A stretch of 64,000 bases of DNA from Planctomycetota bacterium (lineage in GTDB: Bacteria; Planctomycetota; MHYJ01; WSZJ01; JACPWG01): NCBI GenBank assembly GCA_016197205.1, contig JACPWG010000081.1, positions 151,657 to 215,656 on the forward strand, in the 5' to 3' direction. Positions 19,368-28,247 of this stretch are shown here, in pieces. Positions within the stretch are counted from its first letter, which is position 1, and each line of letters begins with the position of its first letter. The position numbers and the translations under genes were made by a program. The notes below the pieces were generated by a model. That model was not told the DNA's origin, searched no databases, and saw nothing but the letters and a program-made list of their open reading frames with translations.

Positions 19368-20302
19368 GCCAGACGAACGCCCCCGAGGCGATACGGACGG
19401 ATGGGCTGACTCGCTATTTCGGGAGCGAGGCCGTCGTGAAGGACCTGACGCTTGCGGTCCCCCGCGGCAGCGTCTTCGGCTTGCTGGGTCGGAACGGGTC
19501 GGGCAAGACGACGACGATCCGGCTCTTGCTCGGGCTGCTCGCGCCGACCCGCGGCTCGGCCGTCGTGCTGGGAAGCCCGTGCACGAATCTCTCCCCGGAG
19601 ACGCGGGCTCGCATCGGGTACCTCGCAGAAGGTCATCCGGTGTTCGGCTGGATGCGGGTCGCGGCATTCGGCAGGTTCCAAGCGGGCTTCTACCCGACCT
19701 GGAACGAAGACGTTTTTCAGGGCGTCCTTCGGTTCTTCCAGATCGATGCGCGCAGACGGGGACGCGATCTGTCACGCGGGGAGCGTGCGGGCCTTTGCCT
19801 GGCGGCGACGCTCGCGCCGGACCCGGAGCTCCTGGTCCTGGACGACCCGGCGATCGGGCTGGATCCGGTGGCGCGGCGCGGGCTGCTCGAGGCCCTGCTC
19901 TACGTCACGCGTCGGGAGGGGCGGACCGTGCTCTTCTCCTCGCATGTCCTCGCCGACGTGGAACGCGTGGCCGACCGGGTCGCGGTGCTTGACCGGGGCG
20001 TGCTGCGCGCCTGTTGCACGGTCGACGCCTTCCGCGAACGCGTGCGCCGCGTCGTGTTGCGCTTCTCCGGCGCGCCGCCGACGTTGCCCGAGATCCCGGG
20101 CCTCCTGAGCCGATGGATTACGGACGGCGAGCTCCGGCTCACCATCGCCAACTACGACGCCGCCGTGCAGCGCATCCTCGAGGGGCTGCCGCTCGAGCGC
20201 ATGACCGCGGAGCCGCTCGGGCTCGAGGAGGCGTTCCTCGATTACGTCGGCGATCGGGGAGAACGCACGTTTTTCCTGCAGGGACGGAGGGCCGAGGCAT
20301 GA
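19364..20302 (+). CDS. ABC transporter ATP-binding protein
   Basis: GRNGSGKTT, LSRGE, LLVLDDP, SSH; ATGA overlap with the regulator. Confidence 0.92.
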   Translation: MSQTNAPEAIRTDGLTRYFGSEAVVKDLTLAVPRGSVFGLLGRNGSGKTTTIRLLLGLLAPTRGSAVVLGSPCTNLSPETRARIGYLAEGHPVFGWMRVAAFGRFQAGFYPTWNEDVFQGVLRFFQIDARRRGRDLSRGERAGLCLAATLAPDPELLVLDDPAIGLDPVARRGLLEALLYVTRREGRTVLFSSHVLADVERVADRVAVLDRGVLRACCTVDAFRERVRRVVLRFSGAPPTLPEIPGLLSRWITDGELRLTIANYDAAVQRILEGLPLERMTAEPLGLEEAFLDYVGDRGERTFFLQGRRAEA

Positions 20303-22281
20303 GAGCGATCGCCTGGAAGGAGCTTCGGGAACACCTGCGCTGGGCGCTGCTCGGCTTGCTGGCCAACGGTCTTGGCCTGCTGGTGGGGCTCTGGCCCGGC
20401 AGGGTCCCTTGGAGCTATTTCCGGTCTGAGTCCCTCCTCTCCGAGCGTTTCCTTGCCCTGACGACGTCGCAGTTCGCGGTCTGGGGGGGGATCCTGGGGT
20501 TCCTCCTCGTGCTGCGTGACCATTCCGGAGACCGTTGGTCGTTCCTCCTATTTCGTCCGATCCGCCCCGGGACGATTTTTCAGGGAAAGGTGCTGGCTGC
20601 GGCGGCGCTCTACTTCCCATCGACCCTGGTGCCCCTCTTCCTCGCCGCGGGCTGGGCCGCGACGCCGGGGCACCTTGCGGCCCCCTTCGACTGGCGGATG
20701 AGCCTTGCCGGGCTGGCGGACGCGCTGACCGGGTTCGTTTTCTGCCTCGCGGCGATGCTGACCGGGCTGCGTCAGGCGCGCTGGTACGCGACTCGCGCGA
20801 TCGGCCTCGTGGTCGCCGTCCTCTGCGCGGCGCTGGTCCAGGAGGTTCGGGAGTTCGGCGAGGCGCTCGCCGCCATCTTGGTCTCCGCGGCGCTGCTCTA
20901 CGGCGCCGCATGGGAGGCCTTTCTCGCTCGGGCGGGCGCGGCCAGGCGACCGTTGCCCCTTCGGTTCGCGCTCGTGGCCGTGCTTTTCACCGGTCTGGCC
21001 GCGCTGGCGGAACCGGCGATCGAGCTTCTCGCGCTCCTCCCGGCCCCGAAGCGCCAAACCTATTCCATTTACGCGCTGACCCCGCAGGGCGAAGTCTGCG
21101 TGATTCGCTACGACCATGCCGACTACCCCCCAAAGCTGATCTCCGCCGAGAGTCTCGAGGGGAGACCCCTCGAGTTGGGGACCGATCGGCTGTCGTTTTG
21201 GGAAAAAATCGTCCGAGGGATCTACCTCGACTTCGAACCCGGCACCCGTTGGGCGGACCGGTATCGTGACGCGGACCGGTTCTTCACGCGCGTAGGGAAG
21301 TGGAGCACGCTCGAGGACGGTTTCTACCGGTTCGGCGCGCGCACCGTCGAGCTGTACGACCGCAAGGACAAGCGACTGCTCGCAATCGCGGGCCCCCAGG
21401 GCTTTGCGCTTCCGGAGCACGAGGGCCCGCCCTTCCCGGGCGAATTGCTCCTCTCGGTTCCGAATGGCCCGTCCTTTCTCGTCTTTGCGGACGCGGCGTA
21501 TGGCATCGACGAGGCGTCGCGTCGGCTGACCCCTCATCGGATGCGGGAGCCTCTGGTCAATGCCGTGTGGGAAGGAAACAGCCAGGGGGAGGGCCTGATT
21601 GCGGCCTGCTCGCGGCGAGAGCTCTTCCTTCTGCGCCGCGACGGTCGGGTCCTCCTGTCCTCTCCCCTCCGTTTCACGGCTCCGGACTACGACCGCGTCG
21701 AGTGTTCCATGCTCCCAACGGGCGATCGCTTCTTCGTATGGTACTTCCCGAGCTCTTCGACGACCGCCCCTGTACCCGGGAAATCCGTCCGACTCCAGCT
21801 CCAGGAAGTCACCGCGCACGGCGAGGTTGTCCGAACCTACGCCCTCCCGGTGAAGCGGCCCGCGCTCGTCCAGGAGCCCCTCTCCCCGCTGGCCGCGCTG
21901 GCGGCTTTGACGCCGCCCCCGCTCTGCCTGGCGAACGCGATCGGGAGGGGCCTGCCGGCGGACCATCCCCTCGCGGCGTGCGCCCCTCTCTCGCTCGTCT
22001 CGGCGGCGGTGTTCGCCGTCCTCGCCTTCTGGGTGTGCCGGAGATTCGCCTTCCGGCCGTCGATGTGCCGGGGCTGGGCCGGTGCGGTGTTCGCACTGGG
22101 GCCGCTCGGCCTCCTGGCGATGCTCGCGGCGCACGAGTGGCCTGCGCGGCTCCCGTGCTTTCGCTGTGCCCGCCGGCGCGTGGTGTCGCGCGACACCTGC
22201 GAGCACTGCGGGGCGGGCCTGGCGCCCGTCGCGCCGGACGGGACGGAAATCTTCGACGTCGAACACCAGGGCACGAAGTAA
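20299..22281 (+). CDS. ABC-2-type permease with large extracytoplasmic domain and C-terminal Cys ribbon
   Basis: MRAIAWKELRE, FLLFRPI, multiple TM segments, CFRC..CEHCG; ATGA overlap. Confidence 0.8.
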   Translation: MRAIAWKELREHLRWALLGLLANGLGLLVGLWPGRVPWSYFRSESLLSERFLALTTSQFAVWGGILGFLLVLRDHSGDRWSFLLFRPIRPGTIFQGKVLAAAALYFPSTLVPLFLAAGWAATPGHLAAPFDWRMSLAGLADALTGFVFCLAAMLTGLRQARWYATRAIGLVVAVLCAALVQEVREFGEALAAILVSAALLYGAAWEAFLARAGAARRPLPLRFALVAVLFTGLAALAEPAIELLALLPAPKRQTYSIYALTPQGEVCVIRYDHADYPPKLISAESLEGRPLELGTDRLSFWEKIVRGIYLDFEPGTRWADRYRDADRFFTRVGKWSTLEDGFYRFGARTVELYDRKDKRLLAIAGPQGFALPEHEGPPFPGELLLSVPNGPSFLVFADAAYGIDEASRRLTPHRMREPLVNAVWEGNSQGEGLIAACSRRELFLLRRDGRVLLSSPLRFTAPDYDRVECSMLPTGDRFFVWYFPSSSTTAPVPGKSVRLQLQEVTAHGEVVRTYALPVKRPALVQEPLSPLAALAALTPPPLCLANAIGRGLPADHPLAACAPLSLVSAAVFAVLAFWVCRRFAFRPSMCRGWAGAVFALGPLGLLAMLAAHEWPARLPCFRCARRRVVSRDTCEHCGAGLAPVAPDGTEIFDVEHQGTK

Positions 22282-22511
22282 GGTCATCTGAAGAGAGGCC
22301 CCTCTCTTCGCTCTCCGAGGCAACTGTCCCTACCGAATTCTTTTTTTGCACAGCGGCTCTGACCCTGTTCAATCCACGAACCCTCCTCTGCGTCTCCGCG
22401 CCTCTGTGTTTCGTCAAGCCCTCCTCACCGCTCCCGGCCCCTCAAGTGCGCTCAAGCATTGGAGCGTCGGACCCATCTCCTCGCAGCCGTCGCGCCCGCC
22501 CGCCCGTCCCC

Positions 22512-23066
22512 TCACGGCCGGCTCTCCGCGCCGCCCCGCAGCGAGAGCATCCGCCGCACCGCCGCGATCTGGCCCTTGTGCGCCGCCTCGTGGTCGAGGA
22601 GGTGGTAGAGGATCCAGCGTACGGTGAATACCTTACGCACGCCCTGTCCATCTCCCTCCACCTCGTACACGCGCTGCGCATCGAGCTCCGTCGCAGCAAA
22701 CGGCGCCAGCCGGCGCTTCGTTTCCGCCCGGGCGTAGTCGAGAAGCGCCAGGAGCTCCGCCGGCGGTCGCGTGCCGACGTCCGCCAGGGGCGGGCCTTCC
22801 CGCAAAAGCGCGGGCGTCTCCGGCGGCCGTTCCCGCAGCCCGCACACGTCGATGAGGATCCACTCCAATTCGACGTAGGCGATGTGTCGAAGCAGCCGCC
22901 CGATCGAGTTCCCGGCCGCCGGCGGCACCCACGCCAGCTCTTCCGCCGACAAGCCCTCCAGCCCCTCCTTCGTCTGCCGCCGGCAGTCGTCCAGCGCGGC
23001 GACCCAGGCGCCGATTTCCCCGGCGAAGCCCCGGTCCGGCTCCAGCAACCGCTTGAATTCCTTCAT
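22512..23066 (-). CDS. DinB/DUF664-family protein
   Basis: NSIGRLLRHIAYVE and WILYHLLDHEAAHKGQI; overlaps the RND stop. Confidence 0.85.
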   Translation of the reverse strand: MKEFKRLLEPDRGFAGEIGAWVAALDDCRRQTKEGLEGLSAEELAWVPPAAGNSIGRLLRHIAYVELEWILIDVCGLRERPPETPALLREGPPLADVGTRPPAELLALLDYARAETKRRLAPFAATELDAQRVYEVEGDGQGVRKVFTVRWILYHLLDHEAAHKGQIAAVRRMLSLRGGAESRP

Positions 23067-26000
23067 GGCCGTCGGTCCTCCAGCACCTGCCCCGCCATCC
23101 GCCCGGCGAACACGCGCAGGTCGTCCAGGTAGTCGTAGAAGAGCGGCACGACGACGAGCGAGACTACGGTCGACGCCAACAGTCCGCCCATGATCGCCCG
23201 CCCCATCGGGTAGTACGGGATGCCCATCAGGTTCGAGTTCCCCACGGCCATCGGGATCAGGCCGACCAGCGTCGTCAGCGCGGTCATCCAGATCGGCCGG
23301 AACCGGTCGCGCCCGGCCTCCAGAATCGCTTCGCGTCGACCCAGACCCTCCCCGCGCAGCCGGTTCACGAGGTCCACGAGCACGATCGCGTTGTTCACTA
23401 CGACCCCCACGAGGATGATCACGCCGATCGAGGCCATCATGTCGATCGGGGTCCCCGTCAGCCAGAGGGTCCAGTACACGCCGAAGAACGCATACGGGAT
23501 CGACGCCATCACCGCGAGCGGCAGGACGAAGGACTCGAAGAGGAACCCCATCAACAGGAACACGAAGACCATCGCCAGGAGGATCGCGAACATGAACGTG
23601 CCGGAGTTCTCCGCCATTTTCGACAGCCGCGTCCCCTTGTCCCACTCGTAGCCGCGGGGCAGCTCAAAGCCCTTCATCCGCTCGTCGAGGGCCGCCGACA
23701 GGCTCGCCAGGTCGTCCTTCCGCGTGAGGATCTTCACGTTGAAGCACGTCCGCCGGTCCTGCCGTGAGATCGTGCCGAGCCCGCGCGCGAAAGCAAAGGA
23801 CGCGACGCCCTCCAGCGGGACTTCGCGCCCCTCGCGGTTCGCGACGGCGACGTTCCGGAGCAGGGCGAGGCTCTCGCGGACCTCGGTCGAAAACCGCACG
23901 CGCATCGGGATCTCGCGGTCCCCGAGTCGGAAGTCCGGCAGGCCCGACCCGCGCAGGGCGTACAGCACCGTCCCGCCGACCGCCCACGAATCCACGCCGT
24001 GCTTCGCGGCGAGCGCCCGGTCCACGGTGACGTGGATCTCCGGGCCGCCCTCCTCCAGCTCCGTCTCCACGCCCAACACGCCGGGGAGGTCCCGCACGCG
24101 ACGCCGGACCTCCTCCGCAAGGCCGACGAGCGTCTCGGTGCTTTCACCGCGCAGGCGCAGCGTCACGCTGCCGTCCCCGGACTCCGAGTTCTTCCAATTG
24201 ATGCGCAGGTCCACGCCGGGCAGGGTGGGCAGCAGGGCCTTCACCTTTTCCAGGACCTCGTCCACGCGCCGGCCGGACTTCGACTGGGACTTGAGGAAGA
24301 GGCCGAGGTGGGCCCTCGTTTCCCGGAAGCTCGCGAAGAGGTTCTCGATGCCCAGCTCCTCGCGGTGGGAAAGCAGCACGTTTTCGAGGAGGGACACGGT
24401 CTGGTTCGCGTCGTCCAGGTCGTAGTGCTCCGGGAACCGGAAGCTCAGGTGGATCGTCCCCGGGTGCCCTTCGACCTCGTCCACGCGCTTCACATGCTGG
24501 TAGGGCCACGCGCTGGAGCCGAGGAGCAGCAGCGAAAGGACGAGCGCCTCGAGTCGGTGGCCGAGGGCGCAGGCGAGGCAGCGGCCGTAGGCGCGCCGGC
24601 ACCAGGCGATGGCCGCCAGCTCGCGCGGGGGCTTGCCGCCGGCCAGCCGCGCGGCCGCGACCGGGACGAAAATGAGCGCGACGATGAGGGACGCCCCAAG
24701 CGACCACGAGACCGGCGCGCTGAGCTGCCCCATGTAGAAGCGGAACTCCGCGCTTTCGTTCATGAGGATGAGAGGCAGGAACACGACCACGCTCGTCGCG
24801 GTCGAGAGGATCACGGCCAGCGCGACCTCGCCCGCGCCCACGCCGGAGGCCTCGCGCATGTTGCGTCCCTGCAGCCGCAGGCGGTACACGTTTTCGACGA
24901 CGACGATCGAATTGTCGACGAGCATGCCCACGGCGAGCGTGAGCCCCATGAGGGTGATGAGGTTCAGGCTCCCGCCCGAGAAGTAAAGGACCGCGAGGGT
25001 GAGCAGGAACGAGACCGGGATCGAGAGCGCGATGAGGAGCGTCATCCGGACCCGGAAGAGGAAGAGGTAGAGCACGGCGACGGCAAGGAGGCCGCCCAGC
25101 CAGGCGCTCTCGATCAGGTTGTCGATCGCCTCGCCGATCCACTTCCCCTGATCGAAGAGGATGGCCGAGCGCAGCCCCGCGAACTCGGGCTCCGCGGGGA
25201 GCTCGTTCTCGACCACGCGCCGCACCGCGCGGCACACGTCGACCGTGTTCGCCGTCGATTCGCGGTAGATGGCGAGCGTCACCGCGGGCCGGCGATCGAT
25301 GCGCGTGATCCGCTCGCGGATGGACGACGCGAGCCCGACCTCGGCGACGTCGCGCAGGAGCACGCCGGGCGCCACGGGCAGGTCGCGGATGGCGTCCAGG
25401 GAGTCGAGGCGCGCGAGGGAGCGGACCAGGTAGCGACGCCCGCCGTCCTCCACCACGCCGCTCGCGAGGGAGAAGTTGCTCGAGCGCAGCGCTTGCACGA
25501 GGGAGTACGCGTCCAGGTGCCGCGACTTCACGCGGGCGGGGTCGAGGTCGATCGAGACGATACGGTCGACCAGGCCGTCCAGCTCCACTTTGGCCACGCC
25601 GGGCAGCCGCTCCAGGCGCGGCTTGAGGCCCTTCTCGATGAGCACGTACGGGTCGGCCGCGAGGCCGGACCCGCCGCCCGCGCCGCCGCCTGCGCCCGCC
25701 CCGCCCCCATCGCCCGGAGTGCCGGGCGCGACGCCCATCCAAACCACGGGCGCATCGTTGACGTCGTTTTTCCACACGTAGACCTGGTTCGCGTCGGCCG
25801 GGAAGCGACCGCGGACTCGGTTGATTCGGTCGGTCACCTCCGCGTACGCGAGATCCATGTCCGCATTCGCGTGGAAGGAAAGGGAGACCTGGCACCCGTT
25901 CGACGAGGAATTGGTGCCGAGCTCCGTCACGTGCCGAACGGTCCCGAGCATCTCCTCCAGCGGGCGGGCGATCGAGTTTTCCACCTCCTGGGGATTCGCC

Positions 26001-26179
26001 TGCGGGTACGGGACGTAGACCCACAGGTGGGGAGAGGTGAAGCCGGAGGGCATGAGCTGGACGGGCATGCGCAGGTAGGCGAGGACGCCGACGACGACGC
26101 CGGCGACGAAGAGCATCGCGACGGTGACGGGTCGATCCATGGCCAGGCCGACGAGGCCGGCGGGGCGGGAAGAAGACAT
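23063..26179 (-). CDS. RND efflux transporter permease (AcrB/AcrD/AcrF family)
   Basis: RPVTV, GMLVDNSIVVVENV, GVVVNNAIVL, RFRPIWMT. Confidence 0.95.
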   Translation of the reverse strand: MSSSRPAGLVGLAMDRPVTVAMLFVAGVVVGVLAYLRMPVQLMPSGFTSPHLWVYVPYPQANPQEVENSIARPLEEMLGTVRHVTELGTNSSSNGCQVSLSFHANADMDLAYAEVTDRINRVRGRFPADANQVYVWKNDVNDAPVVWMGVAPGTPGDGGGAGAGGGAGGGSGLAADPYVLIEKGLKPRLERLPGVAKVELDGLVDRIVSIDLDPARVKSRHLDAYSLVQALRSSNFSLASGVVEDGGRRYLVRSLARLDSLDAIRDLPVAPGVLLRDVAEVGLASSIRERITRIDRRPAVTLAIYRESTANTVDVCRAVRRVVENELPAEPEFAGLRSAILFDQGKWIGEAIDNLIESAWLGGLLAVAVLYLFLFRVRMTLLIALSIPVSFLLTLAVLYFSGGSLNLITLMGLTLAVGMLVDNSIVVVENVYRLRLQGRNMREASGVGAGEVALAVILSTATSVVVFLPLILMNESAEFRFYMGQLSAPVSWSLGASLIVALIFVPVAAARLAGGKPPRELAAIAWCRRAYGRCLACALGHRLEALVLSLLLLGSSAWPYQHVKRVDEVEGHPGTIHLSFRFPEHYDLDDANQTVSLLENVLLSHREELGIENLFASFRETRAHLGLFLKSQSKSGRRVDEVLEKVKALLPTLPGVDLRINWKNSESGDGSVTLRLRGESTETLVGLAEEVRRRVRDLPGVLGVETELEEGGPEIHVTVDRALAAKHGVDSWAVGGTVLYALRGSGLPDFRLGDREIPMRVRFSTEVRESLALLRNVAVANREGREVPLEGVASFAFARGLGTISRQDRRTCFNVKILTRKDDLASLSAALDERMKGFELPRGYEWDKGTRLSKMAENSGTFMFAILLAMVFVFLLMGFLFESFVLPLAVMASIPYAFFGVYWTLWLTGTPIDMMASIGVIILVGVVVNNAIVLVDLVNRLRGEGLGRREAILEAGRDRFRPIWMTALTTLVGLIPMAVGNSNLMGIPYYPMGRAIMGGLLASTVVSLVVVPLFYDYLDDLRVFAGRMAGQVLEDRRP

Positions 26180-26214
26180 GCGAGGTGCTCGGAGAGGAGA
26201 GGGGGCGTGGGTTA

Positions 26215-26636
26215 GTGCCCGTAAGAAAACAACTTGCTCGTCTAACGGGCAGGGGAGCGGTTTGAATTCTCAATGCTCAATTATCAAGACTCAGACAAGG
26301 CTCAAGGTCCAATTCACAATGACCAGCACAGAACGCAGCCCGGGCACGGAATCGCGGACTCTGCGTACCGCTCCACGAAAGTCGGTGGCCAATAGGCGAA
26401 GGCCAGTTTGGCTCCCCGCGAGGCGCGCGAGCGAGGCGTAGGCCGGGAGAACTACGGCGAGCGAGCGCAACAGAGCGGGCTGCCGAAATCGCCGAGCAAA
26501 TGGGTCATCCAATTCCGTGGGGAGGTACTGAGCCTTGAACTTTGAGCCTTGCCTGGAAATTGATCATTGAGCCCTGAGCCTTTTCATGAAGAGCTCCCTG
26601 GTTTCCGATTTGCATGAGTTGTTTCTTGACGGGCCC
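26215..26636. mobile_element. MITE family B, copy 2, with nested family A
   Basis: TTA...TTA duplication; collinear with 5487-5739 apart from the 164-bp insertion. Confidence 0.85.
26365..26528. mobile_element. MITE family A, copy 2 (164 bp)
   Basis: Same TIRs and core as 1242-1405; flanks TGC/TGA. Confidence 0.85.
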
Positions 26637-26814
26637 TTAGGGTGTGGTTTGCGGAAGAGAGTCACTACGACGGGTACGGTTCTGTGGGCGTATTTCAAAA
26701 TTCAAATTGCAAAATTTCAAATCTCAAATTGCGATGTCGAGGGGCTACCTTTCGTCAAGCGGTCGGGTCGTAGGAGAGCAGGCTCGCCCGTCGCAAATTC
26801 TCAATTCTCCAATC

Positions 26815-27684
26815 TCAAACCCTTCCGACATCGGCGAGAAACTCCCGCATGTACCGATTGACGAGCTCCGGCTGCTCCTGTTGGACCCAGTGGGAACAGC
26901 GGGGGATGTAGCGGAGCTGGAGATTGGGGACAAACTCCTCGGTGCCGTAGGTCAGCTCCACGCCGAGGGCCTCGTCCGCTTCTCCCCAGATGAGCAGGGT
27001 CGGGACCCGGACGCGCATGCCCGTCCCGCGGAAGAGGCGAGCGCCCTGACTCCGACGGATCGCGCGGTAGTAATTGATCGCCGCGGTCAGCGCACCGGGG
27101 CGCGCGATCGCCTCCTTGTAGAGCCGGATGTCCGCGTCGGTGAAGGAGCCCTTGCGGACCTCCATGCCGCGGAACATCCATTCGATGAGCGCGTAGTTCC
27201 GTGCGCGGATGAAGCCCTCGGGGATGGCGGGGAGCTGGAAAAAGCCCATGTACCAGCTCCGGAGCATCTGGCGGGGATTGGTCCGCAGCGCGCGCAGCAT
27301 GAGCGCCGGGTGGGGGATGTTCATGGCGATCAGCCGGTCGACCCGCTCCGGCCGTGCGATCGCGAGCCCCCAGGCCACTGCGCCCCCCCAGTCGTGGGCG
27401 GCCACGATCGCCCGCTCGTGTCCGAGGACGCGGATCAGGTCGACCATGTCCGCGACAAGCGATTCCACTTCGTACCCGGACGGCGGCTTGTCGGTGAGGT
27501 TGTAGCCGCGGAGGTCGGGCGCGACGACGGTGAAGTCCTCGCGAAACGCCGCAAGCTGGTGGCGCCAACTGTACCAGAACTCCGGGAAGCCGTGCAGGAA
27601 GAGGAGGAGCGGCCCGCGACCCGCGGTGACGTAGTGCATGCGGATGCCGTTGACCTGGGCGTAGCGGTGTTCGAGGTCGTCCAT
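26815..27684 (-). CDS. Alpha/beta hydrolase (epoxide hydrolase-like)
   Basis: LHGFPEFWYSWRHQ, AHDWGG, SWY, NYYR, SHWVQQE. Confidence 0.92.
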   Translation of the reverse strand: MDDLEHRYAQVNGIRMHYVTAGRGPLLLFLHGFPEFWYSWRHQLAAFREDFTVVAPDLRGYNLTDKPPSGYEVESLVADMVDLIRVLGHERAIVAAHDWGGAVAWGLAIARPERVDRLIAMNIPHPALMLRALRTNPRQMLRSWYMGFFQLPAIPEGFIRARNYALIEWMFRGMEVRKGSFTDADIRLYKEAIARPGALTAAINYYRAIRRSQGARLFRGTGMRVRVPTLLIWGEADEALGVELTYGTEEFVPNLQLRYIPRCSHWVQQEQPELVNRYMREFLADVGRV

Positions 27685-27702
27685 CGAGAGAGCACTCCGC
27701 CT

Positions 27703-28247
27703 ACCGCGGCCGGTGGCCGCAACCAAAGCAGGTTGACGAATGACCAAGCTCCAAGTACCAATGACCAATCAATGCCGAAGCCCGAATGACCAAGCTGAAC
27801 ACGTGACCGGCGTCAGGGCCGTGGCGCCGTCATCCTTCTTCGCTGCTGGAGCCCAAGCCCTTGGACCCCTACCGGTGAACTTCTTGAAAGCGTCTCCAGA
27901 TTCGCAGGCGACGAAACCACAAAGACTCGAAGTCACGAAGACCACAAAGGCGCTTTTCGGCCGAGCCAGACTCAGCACCCCCTATCGAGTCCTTCGTGGT
28001 CCTCGTGCCTTAGTGGCTTTGTGGTTCCGTCGTCCGTTTGGGTTTCGGGCCTTCGCCCGAGTTGGACATTGGTCATTTTGGCCTTGATTGGTCCTTGGAA
28101 ATTGGTCATTGATCATTGTCCCCATAGGATTTGCGCATGCGACGCGAATGTTGCGGAGGAATAGCCTAGCGCGGGTAGCGGCAACCAAAGTCGGACACAG
28201 GCGTCGCGCCCTTGTTCGAGTTTGGTTGCGGTCATCTGCGTCGCGGT
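27703..28247. repeat. Nested inverted-repeat complex
   Basis: Outer pair CCGCAACCAAA/TTTGGTTGCGG; middle pair of AATGACC/GGTCATT 7-mer arrays; inner pair AACCACAAAG../..CTTTGTGGTT. Confidence 0.7.
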
